A stretch of 64,000 nucleotides of DNA from a virus. Positions 1-9,921 of the stretch are shown one piece after another. The stretch is from IMG/VR virus record IMGVR_UViG_3300005077_000007, positions 15,249-79,248 of that record. One strand, given 5' to 3'. The notes below the pieces were generated by a model. That model made no database searches. It had not been told where the DNA came from and worked only from the letters and a program-made list of their open reading frames with translations. The position numbers and the translations under genes are program-made. Within the stretch, counting starts at the first letter, position 1, and each line of letters starts with the position of its first letter.

Positions 1-3000
1 TACGCCATACGTCGTTAGGCCACCGATCGCAAGGTTAATTATACTATTCGACGCACTAAGCTGCATTACGTAGTCCTCATATAACTGCGCCCACCCATTC
101 GACGTTGGACTAGCGCCAGTACCGGTAGCCGTCGAAGAACCAAGAACGACTATTTTCTTCGGCCAACACCCGGCTGTATCCTGATTTGATACCGTCACCG
201 TCAAGTCATCCGTTGCGGTTCCGCCACGATCATCGGTAACCGTTAACCTAAAAGTCCATACCCCAGGACCAAGGTCGGTAATATCAGTCGCGGCTAACGC
301 TGGTGATACAATCGTTGCCTGACCGGAAGTTGTCTCTACCCATGAATACGAAACGATCGTTCCGTCAGTGTCTACACCAGAACCAACCACCGAAATGGTA
401 TTCGTAGGTAATGTAATTGATTGGTCGCTTCCCGCGATTGCGGTTGGTAGAACATTCGTTGGAGTGCTTGTGGGTGTAAATGTTGGCGTTGGTGTAATGG
501 TCGGTGTGTCGGTAATAGTCGGTGTCTGCGTTGGCGTAAAGGTGAGAAATGGCGTATTCGTTATCGTCGGAGTTTGCGTTATCGTTGGCGTCTGCGTCGG
601 TGTGGGGGTTGGAATCTCCTCCTGAATGTCGATGATTGATAGGTAGTAGAACGTCGCGGTATTTCCGACGCCTTCCGTAATGTCTACGCGCAGCTTATTG
701 CTGGACGGCGCGAGTCCGGTCAGGGTCGCCACCCCGTCCACGTTGTCGGTGCAATTCAGCGACACACTTGTCGAATTGACCGTAAATTTCGTATTCCGGT
801 TCACCCCAGCCCCCATGCGGGAGCAATAAAACCTGACTGTATAGTTTCGGCTACCATTCAGCCCCTCAATATCAATGGTCGATGTAGTACCGTTACTGCG
901 ATACGAATTATACTGCGTAGCTGACGATGGGTAGAGCGTACTGCTCGTGGTCCCCGCGCTCGTAATAGACGAAAATGCGGAGATATTAATAGCTCGAACA
1001 GTAGTGACAGATCCAGTTGAGTCCTTCACGACGAATCGAGTGGTCGTATCATTATAAGTGATGTCAGTCCAGCCAGTAATTCCCACGCTATTCGACGCGA
1101 TGTGTAGTTTATATTTCCCGTCTCCGTAATTTGAAGTAGGAGTAGGCGTAGCCGTCACTAATATGGTCGGGGTATTCGTTGGCGTATTCGTCGGTGTCTC
1201 GGTCGGGGTAGGGGTAGCCGTCGCGCAAATACATACCGATTGCCCCGTGCATGTTGCTGTCAGTTCTGGATCACAATAATCCTCTAACACAACATATAAA
1301 TCACAAGCGCACCACCCTCCAATGGGGGTTGGGGTTTCTGTCGGCGTATCGGTGTGCGTTGGGGTGACAGTTGGCGTGCTCGTTGGTGCTGGCGTTGGGG
1401 TATCTGATGCAGAAGAAGTTGGGGTAAATGTCGGTGTCGGGGTTGTCCAATCATCCATGGTCAATTCGATGTAGCCCGAAAGATCCCCGGTATCACCGGC
1501 AGCTAGGGGCGTGGGTGTTCTTCCGCCATAAAAGACATAACCTCCAGTATAGGAAGTTGATGAAGTATTGTTAGCTTGATATCCAACCTCTATGACGAGA
1601 AAATCCTCGTCCTTGATAGCGACTGGAGTAACCGGGACTGGCGTTGGGTTATATCCAGCCGGGGTAACTGGAAATTCGTCTGTTGCGACATAATTTGAAA
1701 CTAGCGTACCGCGACTAACTCGCGTATTACCACTTCCCGCCCCAATTCTTACCCTACCGCGAGTTAACCCATACGCATGAGCTTTTAATGTAAAATCAGC
1801 GGAAGCGTTACTTTCGGATGTTTTAATCATGAAATTGATTGGACCAGAAATGGTTTGTGCCGGTAAAGCAGACGACGCCATTCTGCCCAATAAATACGAA
1901 TAAGTAGATGAAGTAGAAGTTTCCGCTCCACTACCCGTAGCTGCGGCAACTTGTGGCGGAATTGAAACTAATTGACCAACACCTGATGCGTAATTATCCC
2001 ATGTTCCCTTGTAGAAGCTATCCAATGAATTATCTGGACCATTTGAAAGATAAAATCTCCTAGTTATCGGAACCCGGACCTTCCCGGTAGCAACAGCGTA
2101 ATGCGCCATGACTCGCGCCATCGGCAGGGCGTAATTGTACCACGCTACTTCATCCAATGATCCTGTATAATAATACGTCGTTACGCTATCCCGCGTTCCG
2201 GACCCAAGAACAATATCGCTATTGTTTATGCAAGCATACCCGGCGTTAGAAACCGCAAAATCTTTACTTGTCCAAACCTCCCCATCAACATAAACTCGTC
2301 CCGATTGGTTCCAGTTTATATGGGTTGAGAGTGGAGTAACGGCTACTACAATATGGTGCCACTGATCGTCATTAAAAGCCTTTGGAATTGTTACCCCTTG
2401 GTAACTACCGGATTGACAGCTACTTCCGTTAATAATATATACGCTGAGATATCCGCTGCTATTGAGGAAGGCTTCTATTTGATGATTATTGCCACCAGAT
2501 CTTTTTCGTGCCCCAAGAATCGAAGTATCCGCCGTCGATGTTTTGAACCAAAATTCAAGAGAATACGATGGGATATCAAAGGCCGTACTCGTCGGAATAG
2601 TGGTTGTCTCGGATGAGGCACCAGCATACGTATACGCGGTACCAACGATCCCGGCAACCCCCATTGTGGGGCTATTGGCATTTGTAGCAGTATGGGAATT
2701 ACCACTTGAATCTATTGCGTCCCCACTGAGATCATCAAGTTTATAATACGCTTCCGGAAGATCGCTCAAAACAGAATTACTGTACGTACTATCATCATAA
2801 GTAAATGGGATAATTTCAAAACTTGTTTGCGTAAGCGGAGTGAGATTCGTTAGATAATTCTGCATATCGAAATAAGTCCCAGCACCACTCCTCGCCCCCG
2901 CCGTAGTTGTATTTGCACATTGCGTACTTCCGGATGGAATAGTGCATGAGAGCCATGGACCGAATTGGGATAAAAAGTAACTATTAGATCCGGCGTTGTT

Positions 3001-4188
3001 GTTTTTTTGGAAAAAGACCTTCGCAGTAAGATCTCCAGCGCCACTAACTGCTGAAATATTCATATGAATATTTCTTGCGGTTACGGTTGATGGCACAGCC
3101 ATGACGGCAGCAAGGACCCCGGGCTGAAACCGCGCCCGTCCAGTAGTTGATGAAAATGCCTGAACGCTATTAGGAACAATTCGAGAAAAAACTGGCTGCC
3201 CGGTAGCCCCGGCGCATTCAATAGTAATGCGTCTTGCTTTTGTTTCAGCAGAGCCAGTGCGATTGAAGCGCACAACAAGCGAATCACCCTGAGCTACCCC
3301 GCAATTACTGGTGCAGGTTGCATCGGTTCCGCTTGTCGATCCCGGGCTGATCGTTACGACAAGATCGCTATCTACATTAGCGGTAGTATTGCGAATAGTA
3401 AATGTCTCCGTGCGTGCAGTTCCCGGGGTAGTGTCAAGCGCAACCCCGAGGCCGCTCAACGTACAACTCGCCGGAATAATGAATGTGGCTTCCGATTCAG
3501 TAGATTCCGTACATCCATTTGATTCGGTATTATCGGCCTGAGGTCCGCAAAACCTTGCATCCGCTGGGGCGGTCTTGGTTTCCGTAGAACCAAAAACGTA
3601 AATCCATGGATGCCCACCACCATCCGTGTTGGTGACCTTGAGTGATCCGTTGCAATTGACGTTATTAGCAAGCGAACTCGAAACCGTTGCAATTGAAAGT
3701 AAATCATTTTGTGCGTAATCAAATGAGTTAGTCAAATCTTCACAAGTGTCATCAAGTCCAGATATCAAGCATGTGACCGATGTATCGACCCCATTTTTAC
3801 GAACAGTGAATGTTGCCGACTCAGCGGCGCTACTGTTCATGGAGTTATCGCACTGAACTCGCATCCCGGCAACCTTTCCGGCTGATGGCATAATGAAGTT
3901 AGCATCCGCTTCGGTTGTTGATTTTTGAATCATATGAAAGGTTTTTGTTGTACTTCGATATGGAAGATTTGCATTGAAGAATATCAACGAAAATCCGCCG
4001 CCGGTTGCTATAGTCGGAGTAGGCTGCCTTGTAAATGTCGGGGCCTGCGTCGGGGTTGGCGTCCTAGTCGGAGTAATAGTATAAGTAAGTGTAGGAGTCC
4101 GAGTAGGAGTATCCTGTGCGTATGCCGTATGAGCGCATAAAAAGAAAAAAACAATAAGGAAAGTCAGAAATCTTCTAATTAAATTCAT
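1..4188 (-). CDS. Giant multidomain surface/tail-tip-like protein (at least 1396 aa, 3'-truncated at window edge): signal peptide, Thr-Pro linkers, three beta-sandwich repeats, LamG, PKD-like, start of SGNH/GDSL hydrolase
   Basis: Manual translation from ATG at 4188 is open to base 1. N-terminus MNLIRRFLTFLIVFFFLCAHTAYA|QD. LamG motifs YYKLDD..SLEFWFKT..DDQWHHIV..GSLDEVAWYN. PKD-like PTAIAGSDQSITLP..SYSW..FRLTVTDD. SGNH block I KIVVLGSST and INLAIGG. Confidence 0.85.
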   Translation of the reverse strand, partial: MNLIRRFLTFLIVFFFLCAHTAYAQDTPTRTPTLTYTITPTRTPTPTQAPTFTRQPTPTIATGGGFSLIFFNANLPYRSTTKTFHMIQKSTTEADANFIMPSAGKVAGMRVQCDNSMNSSAAESATFTVRKNGVDTSVTCLISGLDDTCEDLTNSFDYAQNDLLSIATVSSSLANNVNCNGSLKVTNTDGGGHPWIYVFGSTETKTAPADARFCGPQADNTESNGCTESTESEATFIIPASCTLSGLGVALDTTPGTARTETFTIRNTTANVDSDLVVTISPGSTSGTDATCTSNCGVAQGDSLVVRFNRTGSAETKARRITIECAGATGQPVFSRIVPNSVQAFSSTTGRARFQPGVLAAVMAVPSTVTARNIHMNISAVSGAGDLTAKVFFQKNNNAGSNSYFLSQFGPWLSCTIPSGSTQCANTTTAGARSGAGTYFDMQNYLTNLTPLTQTSFEIIPFTYDDSTYSNSVLSDLPEAYYKLDDLSGDAIDSSGNSHTATNANSPTMGVAGIVGTAYTYAGASSETTTIPTSTAFDIPSYSLEFWFKTSTADTSILGARKRSGGNNHQIEAFLNSSGYLSVYIINGSSCQSGSYQGVTIPKAFNDDQWHHIVVAVTPLSTHINWNQSGRVYVDGEVWTSKDFAVSNAGYACINNSDIVLGSGTRDSVTTYYYTGSLDEVAWYNYALPMARVMAHYAVATGKVRVPITRRFYLSNGPDNSLDSFYKGTWDNYASGVGQLVSIPPQVAAATGSGAETSTSSTYSYLLGRMASSALPAQTISGPINFMIKTSESNASADFTLKAHAYGLTRGRVRIGAGSGNTRVSRGTLVSNYVATDEFPVTPAGYNPTPVPVTPVAIKDEDFLVIEVGYQANNTSSTSYTGGYVFYGGRTPTPLAAGDTGDLSGYIELTMDDWTTPTPTFTPTSSASDTPTPAPTSTPTVTPTHTDTPTETPTPIGGWCACDLYVVLEDYCDPELTATCTGQSVCICATATPTPTETPTNTPTNTPTILVTATPTPTSNYGDGKYKLHIASNSVGITGWTDITYNDTTTRFVVKDSTGSVTTVRAINISAFSSITSAGTTSSTLYPSSATQYNSYRSNGTTSTIDIEGLNGSRNYTVRFYCSRMGAGVNRNTKFTVNSTSVSLNCTDNVDGVATLTGLAPSSNKLRVDITEGVGNTATFYYLSIIDIQEEIPTPTPTQTPTITQTPTITNTPFLTFTPTQTPTITDTPTITPTPTFTPTSTPTNVLPTAIAGSDQSITLPTNTISVVGSGVDTDGTIVSYSWVETTSGQATIVSPALAATDITDLGPGVWTFRLTVTDDRGGTATDDLTVTVSNQDTAGCWPKKIVVLGSSTATGTGASPTSNGWAQLYEDYVMQLSASNSIINLAIGGLTTYGV

Positions 4189-5794
4189 CAATTAACTCGA
4201 GAGTAATAATATTTTTCTCATACATTTTACGAACAACTCGCATTCTTTTATTTTCTACTTTAATTAGATCATCCGTAACATAAATAATAGCATTTTCTTG
4301 AATAGTAATGCCAGGCCAATATGGAACTTTATACTTATATGGACGATGTTGTAGCGCCGAAACCCTTAAGGTAGATTCGGCAAGCTCCAAAACGATACGG
4401 GGAACAAACTTTGTCGTGGCAACGACGTCTGGACAGTCGATCTTTCTGTATCGTTGACCATAAAATGCCACGCTTGACTGTAGTAAGTTTGCAAGTGGTT
4501 GTCCTGCGTTTTCAGCGGAAAGGAAATAACTCTGCCTTGTTGTATCAATTTCGCTTTGGGAATATATATTTCGTTGATATCCAACTTCGACTGAATTGAT
4601 GATTTTTTCTGGATTTCCACCAGTATCTATATAGTCATTTTCGTCAGAAATAATTCCATGACTACGCGAAATATGAATATTTGTCTCATTTCCACTGATA
4701 TTGAATAATTTTATTTCTCCAAGTCGAAAACCCATCATGTATTTTGTTTGCATAAAGATACGATCTCGCATAATTTCGATCAATGGGCTTCCGCCATCAC
4801 TAATAAAAATAGACATTTCCTCATCGAGGCGCTTAATGATTTCGGTACTAGACTGTTCGACGATGAATCCACCGTATTGAGTTAATATATTTAACATTGG
4901 CGATTCGCCAGGTCCAATGCCGTAAAATCCTTCTGCTGTAACGAATGCTGAATCTGTAGTAATCCTATTCTTAAATTGAATGAGCGTCATCGGAGATTGC
5001 GTATTAATAATGCTGCGATAATTAGAAGATGGTGTATAACGAACAATGTCCCATCCGAACTTTGGATCGGATGAGGCGTAGCTAACCCCTTGAATAGTAA
5101 CGCGAAATGGAATACCTAATGCGCCCGTCCCTGGCAAGATTTCATTATCTAGCACATAAAATAATCTTCCATTATCTACCTGTGGGCACATGATTGGATA
5201 GGACACTGCACCAAAGGCAATCTGCCTATTATATCGACCATCGACATTAAATGGTATATTTGGGAAAATTGCTCGACTAAGCTTAATATCTGAGGGCGGA
5301 AATCTTGCCTCGTTTAATACTTCACCATCCTGAGCCTCAATCGACATTCCGCCATATTCCGGATGGTATTGGCTTGCAGTAATTTGACCGCTAAAAATTG
5401 GATATACCTCTTCGAGCATAGCCCCAGGTGACCATACATCAATGTGTAACCAACCTCCGAATGAATTATATAAATTAAATAATTTAAGCGGCTCGGCCGA
5501 GCTAATTTTCATAGTAACTTGCGACTGCGCCACTTGCCTCGAAACTGGATCGAGTGAGGTTTCAACGATTGGAAAATCCAGCAACGACGGTCGAAAGAAA
5601 TAGCTCTTCCCCGATGCATCCTCAACTATTGTGTTAGCACCAGTCGAAAGCCTAATAGCCCCAGGAAGCTTCGCTGGATGAATATTGTCCTTTCTCGCCT
5701 GTCGTGAATTAAGATATCCCCAATTAATTGTAATCAAAAATTCAACATTATCGCTTTCCTTAATAAGGGAGAGTAACGCACTCGATGGATTCAT
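4175..5794 (-). CDS. Putative tail tip/hub structural protein (539 aa)
   Basis: Long ORF translationally coupled within the tail module downstream of the tape measure; function from synteny only. Confidence 0.55.
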   Translation of the reverse strand: MNPSSALLSLIKESDNVEFLITINWGYLNSRQARKDNIHPAKLPGAIRLSTGANTIVEDASGKSYFFRPSLLDFPIVETSLDPVSRQVAQSQVTMKISSAEPLKLFNLYNSFGGWLHIDVWSPGAMLEEVYPIFSGQITASQYHPEYGGMSIEAQDGEVLNEARFPPSDIKLSRAIFPNIPFNVDGRYNRQIAFGAVSYPIMCPQVDNGRLFYVLDNEILPGTGALGIPFRVTIQGVSYASSDPKFGWDIVRYTPSSNYRSIINTQSPMTLIQFKNRITTDSAFVTAEGFYGIGPGESPMLNILTQYGGFIVEQSSTEIIKRLDEEMSIFISDGGSPLIEIMRDRIFMQTKYMMGFRLGEIKLFNISGNETNIHISRSHGIISDENDYIDTGGNPEKIINSVEVGYQRNIYSQSEIDTTRQSYFLSAENAGQPLANLLQSSVAFYGQRYRKIDCPDVVATTKFVPRIVLELAESTLRVSALQHRPYKYKVPYWPGITIQENAIIYVTDDLIKVENKRMRVVRKMYEKNIITLELIDEFN

Positions 5795-8700
5795 TATTTG
5801 ACCTCCGCGATGCGTACCCCATGTGAAAAAATCTCTCCGCCAACGTGGTTTCCTTCAATCTGACTACTTAGACGAACAAGCTTTGCGGAGGTCGGCGTCT
5901 GTGAATCAAAGACAAGCACGAAGGCTTGATAAATTTTGGGAAACAATAGATTATAAAAAACATCAACTTGCCATGACTCTATGTTCTCATATTGTAACTC
6001 GTATGATTTAACAATTTGCCCAATATGCTTAACCCTGCTAAGGCCAGTTTGCGAACGTTCAATATTTGTCTCCGCATTAATAGAGAATTTCCATCCAGAA
6101 TTAAATCTGTCTCGTGGAAGTTCCCCATTTTCAGTGACGACGTAAAATGGAATATGCCTTCCGATGATAATTTTTCCTATTTTATGATATCCCTCTGCGG
6201 TATTATAAATATTAGGAATCGTCAGACGAATCCATTGACAGAATTCCTTCTCTGTTCCGGCAAGTTCTGGTTGTGGATATCCATAGTCGTCACGATTTTC
6301 GCCATTACTGCCATTATTGAACATAACGTCGGCGAAAATTGCATACTCAACTGTTTGTCCAGCCACCGCTGTTAGATCAACTGGATCTCCATCGTAATAA
6401 ATCATATTCTTAGTATTGCTGATAATTTTACGGATTTCACAATTGGCTGGAGAGGAGATGCCATTCATCGACTTAGCAATAAGAACGTAATATGCGTTTC
6501 CGCTATCCCCATACTGATTTGGAATAAGCGTTAATGATGGATCATGGACAACGTTATTCCATGTCCCACTAGATGCAGCAGCGGCATTTGTATAGAAAAT
6601 TCCTTGATGGATAATTGCGCTCATCTCGAATTCTATGTATTGACTTTTATCCAATGGAAACGTTGTGCCACGATACTCTGGTACACTCACGGCCCATCGG
6701 GCATATGGAAAGTTTGTTCCAATGAGTGAAATTGCGTTGACGTTATATACCGACCCTTCTCCATCAGCACGCTTATTCCATAAGAACTCTATATTTGCAG
6801 AATTGGTTATAAATTTTGTATCGCTATCGTTACGCCAAAAATACTGAGGGCTCTCCTCCAGAACGGCTTGCCTAGCGGAATATTGACTCTCTGTGCCAAT
6901 ATCGTACGAATCGCCTATAACTGACATACCAGACCAAATTACAGCCAGACTACCGATACCGATTGATTGCATTTTCTCGGGAATAATTGGCATATCGATA
7001 AATACTGATCCATCCGCTGGTACATCAACTAGTATCCTGCTTACCGCTACTCCTGGTGTACCGGCTGTGGAAACAAAAAAAGCATAGATTGGGCAATTGC
7101 CATACTGAGACATGGTTAATGTTCTTCGCATTTGTGTATCCGTCCAATCTGGCGCATTGCTGGTAAACCGATACATAGGAATTGGTATGTTTGGCGAAGT
7201 AGAAAGATACCACGACTGAAGAGCTAATGTCGTAGCCAGTATTCGATCATACGTTGCAAGAAATACCGTCCCCTCTTGAGCTTCGACGAGTGACGAACGC
7301 GGAACGGCATCTGAAATTGAGTTATCCGTTGGTATGTCGGCGTTGAACGCAATTGACTCGAATGTTCCTGTTGTTTCGTCAGCCTCTTTTCCACCAATCT
7401 GAATAAATGGAGGAAAGACTCGATAAAAATCTTTTACGATATCATTGCTAAAATTTCTATTATTTTCTATCTTCCATACCTCGACTCTCCCGAACGTCAG
7501 ATTTGATACTGATAACCAAATGCTTCCGTCGCTCATTGATGATAAGTATGGATAAGCGCGTAGGATTGGATTATATTGCACAATTTTATCATCCGCCATG
7601 ATAACCGTTTCTTCATTGAGAATCACAAGTGAGGAGATCATATTGAGTTCGGTTTTTGTTTCTTTCCACGTCACCCCAAGATCATCTGAGACATAAAGGG
7701 TGCTTCCATGCCCGGCGTATATTTGAGCAATGGCATTGTCCTGAGTACCGGACCACGCGATAGCAACCGAAGCATACCGATGCGCAGAAATAGTTCCCTC
7801 TATTCGTCTAGGCAGCTTGGTGATAATTTTAGCTATATCACGAACGCTCGGTGGGGTCGGTCGTCCCGTGGCGGATATAAGATGCGTGACGCTACTGTTT
7901 GGAGTCCATTCGATGAAATTCCCTAACTCATCTATTGCATAAACAAGCGTGCTGCTAGCCCGATCGCAATCTGTTATCATTAGTCCAGTTCCGACCGGAT
8001 GAACTGAGAAATAAAATCCATTTTCAAGGTTATATTTTTGATTATTGCCACGACGCGCGAATGTCGCATTCTTGATTCGACAAAATCTTGGTACATTCTC
8101 CCATCCACTCTCTGCGGCATATTGCGCCCTGTCGCGGCCTGAATTTGATGGGAATTCAGTATTGAGTGCGATGTGTCCAGCAACTAACAGTTCCGCTTGC
8201 TCGATGCCCTGTGTCAAAAAACATCCTGTCATGAGGTTTGAATCTTGGAATCTAAATCCATAGACAATTTCTGGCGAATTAGGGTTCGTATTGATATTTG
8301 TGCTTTTCTGCGCATTGTCTACCCAGCAAATTTTATCTTTTCCAATGAGATACAACATGATGCGTTCGCCAAAGATCTGGTATGTATCTCCCGATGAATG
8401 ATTAACGAGTATTTTTCTTATTTCACCCATTGACGCAATGAGGGCGTTCGTAAGGCTATACGGAAAGGCATTATCGCTATTGCGCTGAAAATCTTCAGTA
8501 GATACATAAAAACCATCAACGGTACCATTAGGGGCATTGATGCTTTGAGTAGCGCCTTCCTTTTGAATATAATTTTGAATTGACATATTTGCTGGAGCAT
8601 TCACGAGATACCAGGATTCTCCCATATCTATAGATCGCAATAGAATTGCCCCGCCCTTAGGTACCCATCCGGCTGCATACATAATATATTCTTCGGCATC

Positions 8701-9921
8701 CTCTCCCCTAAGAATAGCGCAGGCCGTTAGATCAATATTGTTTCTGCTCGCAAAGCTCGCCATTGAGGACCAAGTTGCCCCATAATCCTTACTTACCAAT
8801 ATTAATCCGTTACTACCAACGGCAAGGAGTAGGGTCGTATCTTCATCAACAACCTTTGCCATGCTACGCACCGTGTTAGTACCATCAAGGTCATAAATAC
8901 TTGTTGTGTTTCCGATTGCCGCCGGGGTAGCACCATCTGAATTGATCGTTGTCCAATTCGCAAAATCGCGGCTAAATACAACCTGAACGTCACGACTATC
9001 CCCCTGGTCGCTTGATCGAGATGCATCTCTTGTTCCAGCCGCAATGAATAATCCACCAAGACCATAAGAAATTGAAATTCCACCGTCAATTCTGATGTTC
9101 TCGTTACCCCTAGTAATTGTCATATCTTTTGTTACAAGAGTTACGGATGGATTTGTAATTGTTTCTACAATTGGAAAAACGAATAAGTGCATTCGTCCTT
9201 CCTTTGGTGCGGTTGAATCATCGCCGTAATGAGAAATAAGAATGTAAATGTTTTTATCTACTGAACATGCCGCAATTGATGGAGTATTGATCTTCGTAAT
9301 GCCAATCTCTGAAATGAGTTTTTGTGAATATCCCCATGCGACAAAATTGCTTAAGGCATTTGATGAATCCTTTTGGTGCCATCTCCATATAAGAATACGA
9401 TAATCAGATGTAGTATTAATATTCGCTATAACGAACACATAATACGCCCCATCTGACCCAACGGCATGAGCTACTACTCCATCCGTATGTACGGTGAATG
9501 TTTCGCCGGGCAGGAGTGATGAAAAATCTGATGTATCGAGGTCCTGTGGAATGACCCACTCGAGATAAACGCTCGAATCTAGAGCGGCGTTAGTCTTTTT
9601 AATCTTAAACCGGTTTGTCGCGCTTTTGATATCCTGACTTTTGCTAAAAATCGCACTAGCGCCAGTTGTCGTAATGCGTAACTTCGTAGATCCATTTTGT
9701 ATCGCCTTATACGCACTGGTTGGTGCTTCGCCAGAAAGAAAAAGTTCCGAAGAGGTAAGGCGGTTCGAATCGCTCACTTCCGGCTGCGTTGGGAGCATTC
9801 CACCCTCTAGGTCGCTATTTAATATATCGGGATGATTCGAAACGATACTGCTTGGTTCGTCATCGACCGTTTGTACTAAATATAACTCTACCGTATTGCT
9901 CGGTTTCGGCAATGTGCTCAT
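5794..9921 (-). CDS. Tail-associated protein with BNR/Asp-box (beta-propeller-like) repeats (1375 aa)
   Basis: SxDxGxTW-like motifs (VSKDYGATW, RSIDMGESW, VSDDLGVTW, FSRDFANW); immediately follows the TMP. Confidence 0.65.
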   Translation of the reverse strand: MSTLPKPSNTVELYLVQTVDDEPSSIVSNHPDILNSDLEGGMLPTQPEVSDSNRLTSSELFLSGEAPTSAYKAIQNGSTKLRITTTGASAIFSKSQDIKSATNRFKIKKTNAALDSSVYLEWVIPQDLDTSDFSSLLPGETFTVHTDGVVAHAVGSDGAYYVFVIANINTTSDYRILIWRWHQKDSSNALSNFVAWGYSQKLISEIGITKINTPSIAACSVDKNIYILISHYGDDSTAPKEGRMHLFVFPIVETITNPSVTLVTKDMTITRGNENIRIDGGISISYGLGGLFIAAGTRDASRSSDQGDSRDVQVVFSRDFANWTTINSDGATPAAIGNTTSIYDLDGTNTVRSMAKVVDEDTTLLLAVGSNGLILVSKDYGATWSSMASFASRNNIDLTACAILRGEDAEEYIMYAAGWVPKGGAILLRSIDMGESWYLVNAPANMSIQNYIQKEGATQSINAPNGTVDGFYVSTEDFQRNSDNAFPYSLTNALIASMGEIRKILVNHSSGDTYQIFGERIMLYLIGKDKICWVDNAQKSTNINTNPNSPEIVYGFRFQDSNLMTGCFLTQGIEQAELLVAGHIALNTEFPSNSGRDRAQYAAESGWENVPRFCRIKNATFARRGNNQKYNLENGFYFSVHPVGTGLMITDCDRASSTLVYAIDELGNFIEWTPNSSVTHLISATGRPTPPSVRDIAKIITKLPRRIEGTISAHRYASVAIAWSGTQDNAIAQIYAGHGSTLYVSDDLGVTWKETKTELNMISSLVILNEETVIMADDKIVQYNPILRAYPYLSSMSDGSIWLSVSNLTFGRVEVWKIENNRNFSNDIVKDFYRVFPPFIQIGGKEADETTGTFESIAFNADIPTDNSISDAVPRSSLVEAQEGTVFLATYDRILATTLALQSWYLSTSPNIPIPMYRFTSNAPDWTDTQMRRTLTMSQYGNCPIYAFFVSTAGTPGVAVSRILVDVPADGSVFIDMPIIPEKMQSIGIGSLAVIWSGMSVIGDSYDIGTESQYSARQAVLEESPQYFWRNDSDTKFITNSANIEFLWNKRADGEGSVYNVNAISLIGTNFPYARWAVSVPEYRGTTFPLDKSQYIEFEMSAIIHQGIFYTNAAAASSGTWNNVVHDPSLTLIPNQYGDSGNAYYVLIAKSMNGISSPANCEIRKIISNTKNMIYYDGDPVDLTAVAGQTVEYAIFADVMFNNGSNGENRDDYGYPQPELAGTEKEFCQWIRLTIPNIYNTAEGYHKIGKIIIGRHIPFYVVTENGELPRDRFNSGWKFSINAETNIERSQTGLSRVKHIGQIVKSYELQYENIESWQVDVFYNLLFPKIYQAFVLVFDSQTPTSAKLVRLSSQIEGNHVGGEIFSHGVRIAEVK

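Noticed and set aside
368-625. Val/Gly-rich plus-strand ORFs (also 29817-30206 and 30633-31010)
   Set aside because: They are antisense shadows of Thr-Pro repeats in real minus-strand genes.
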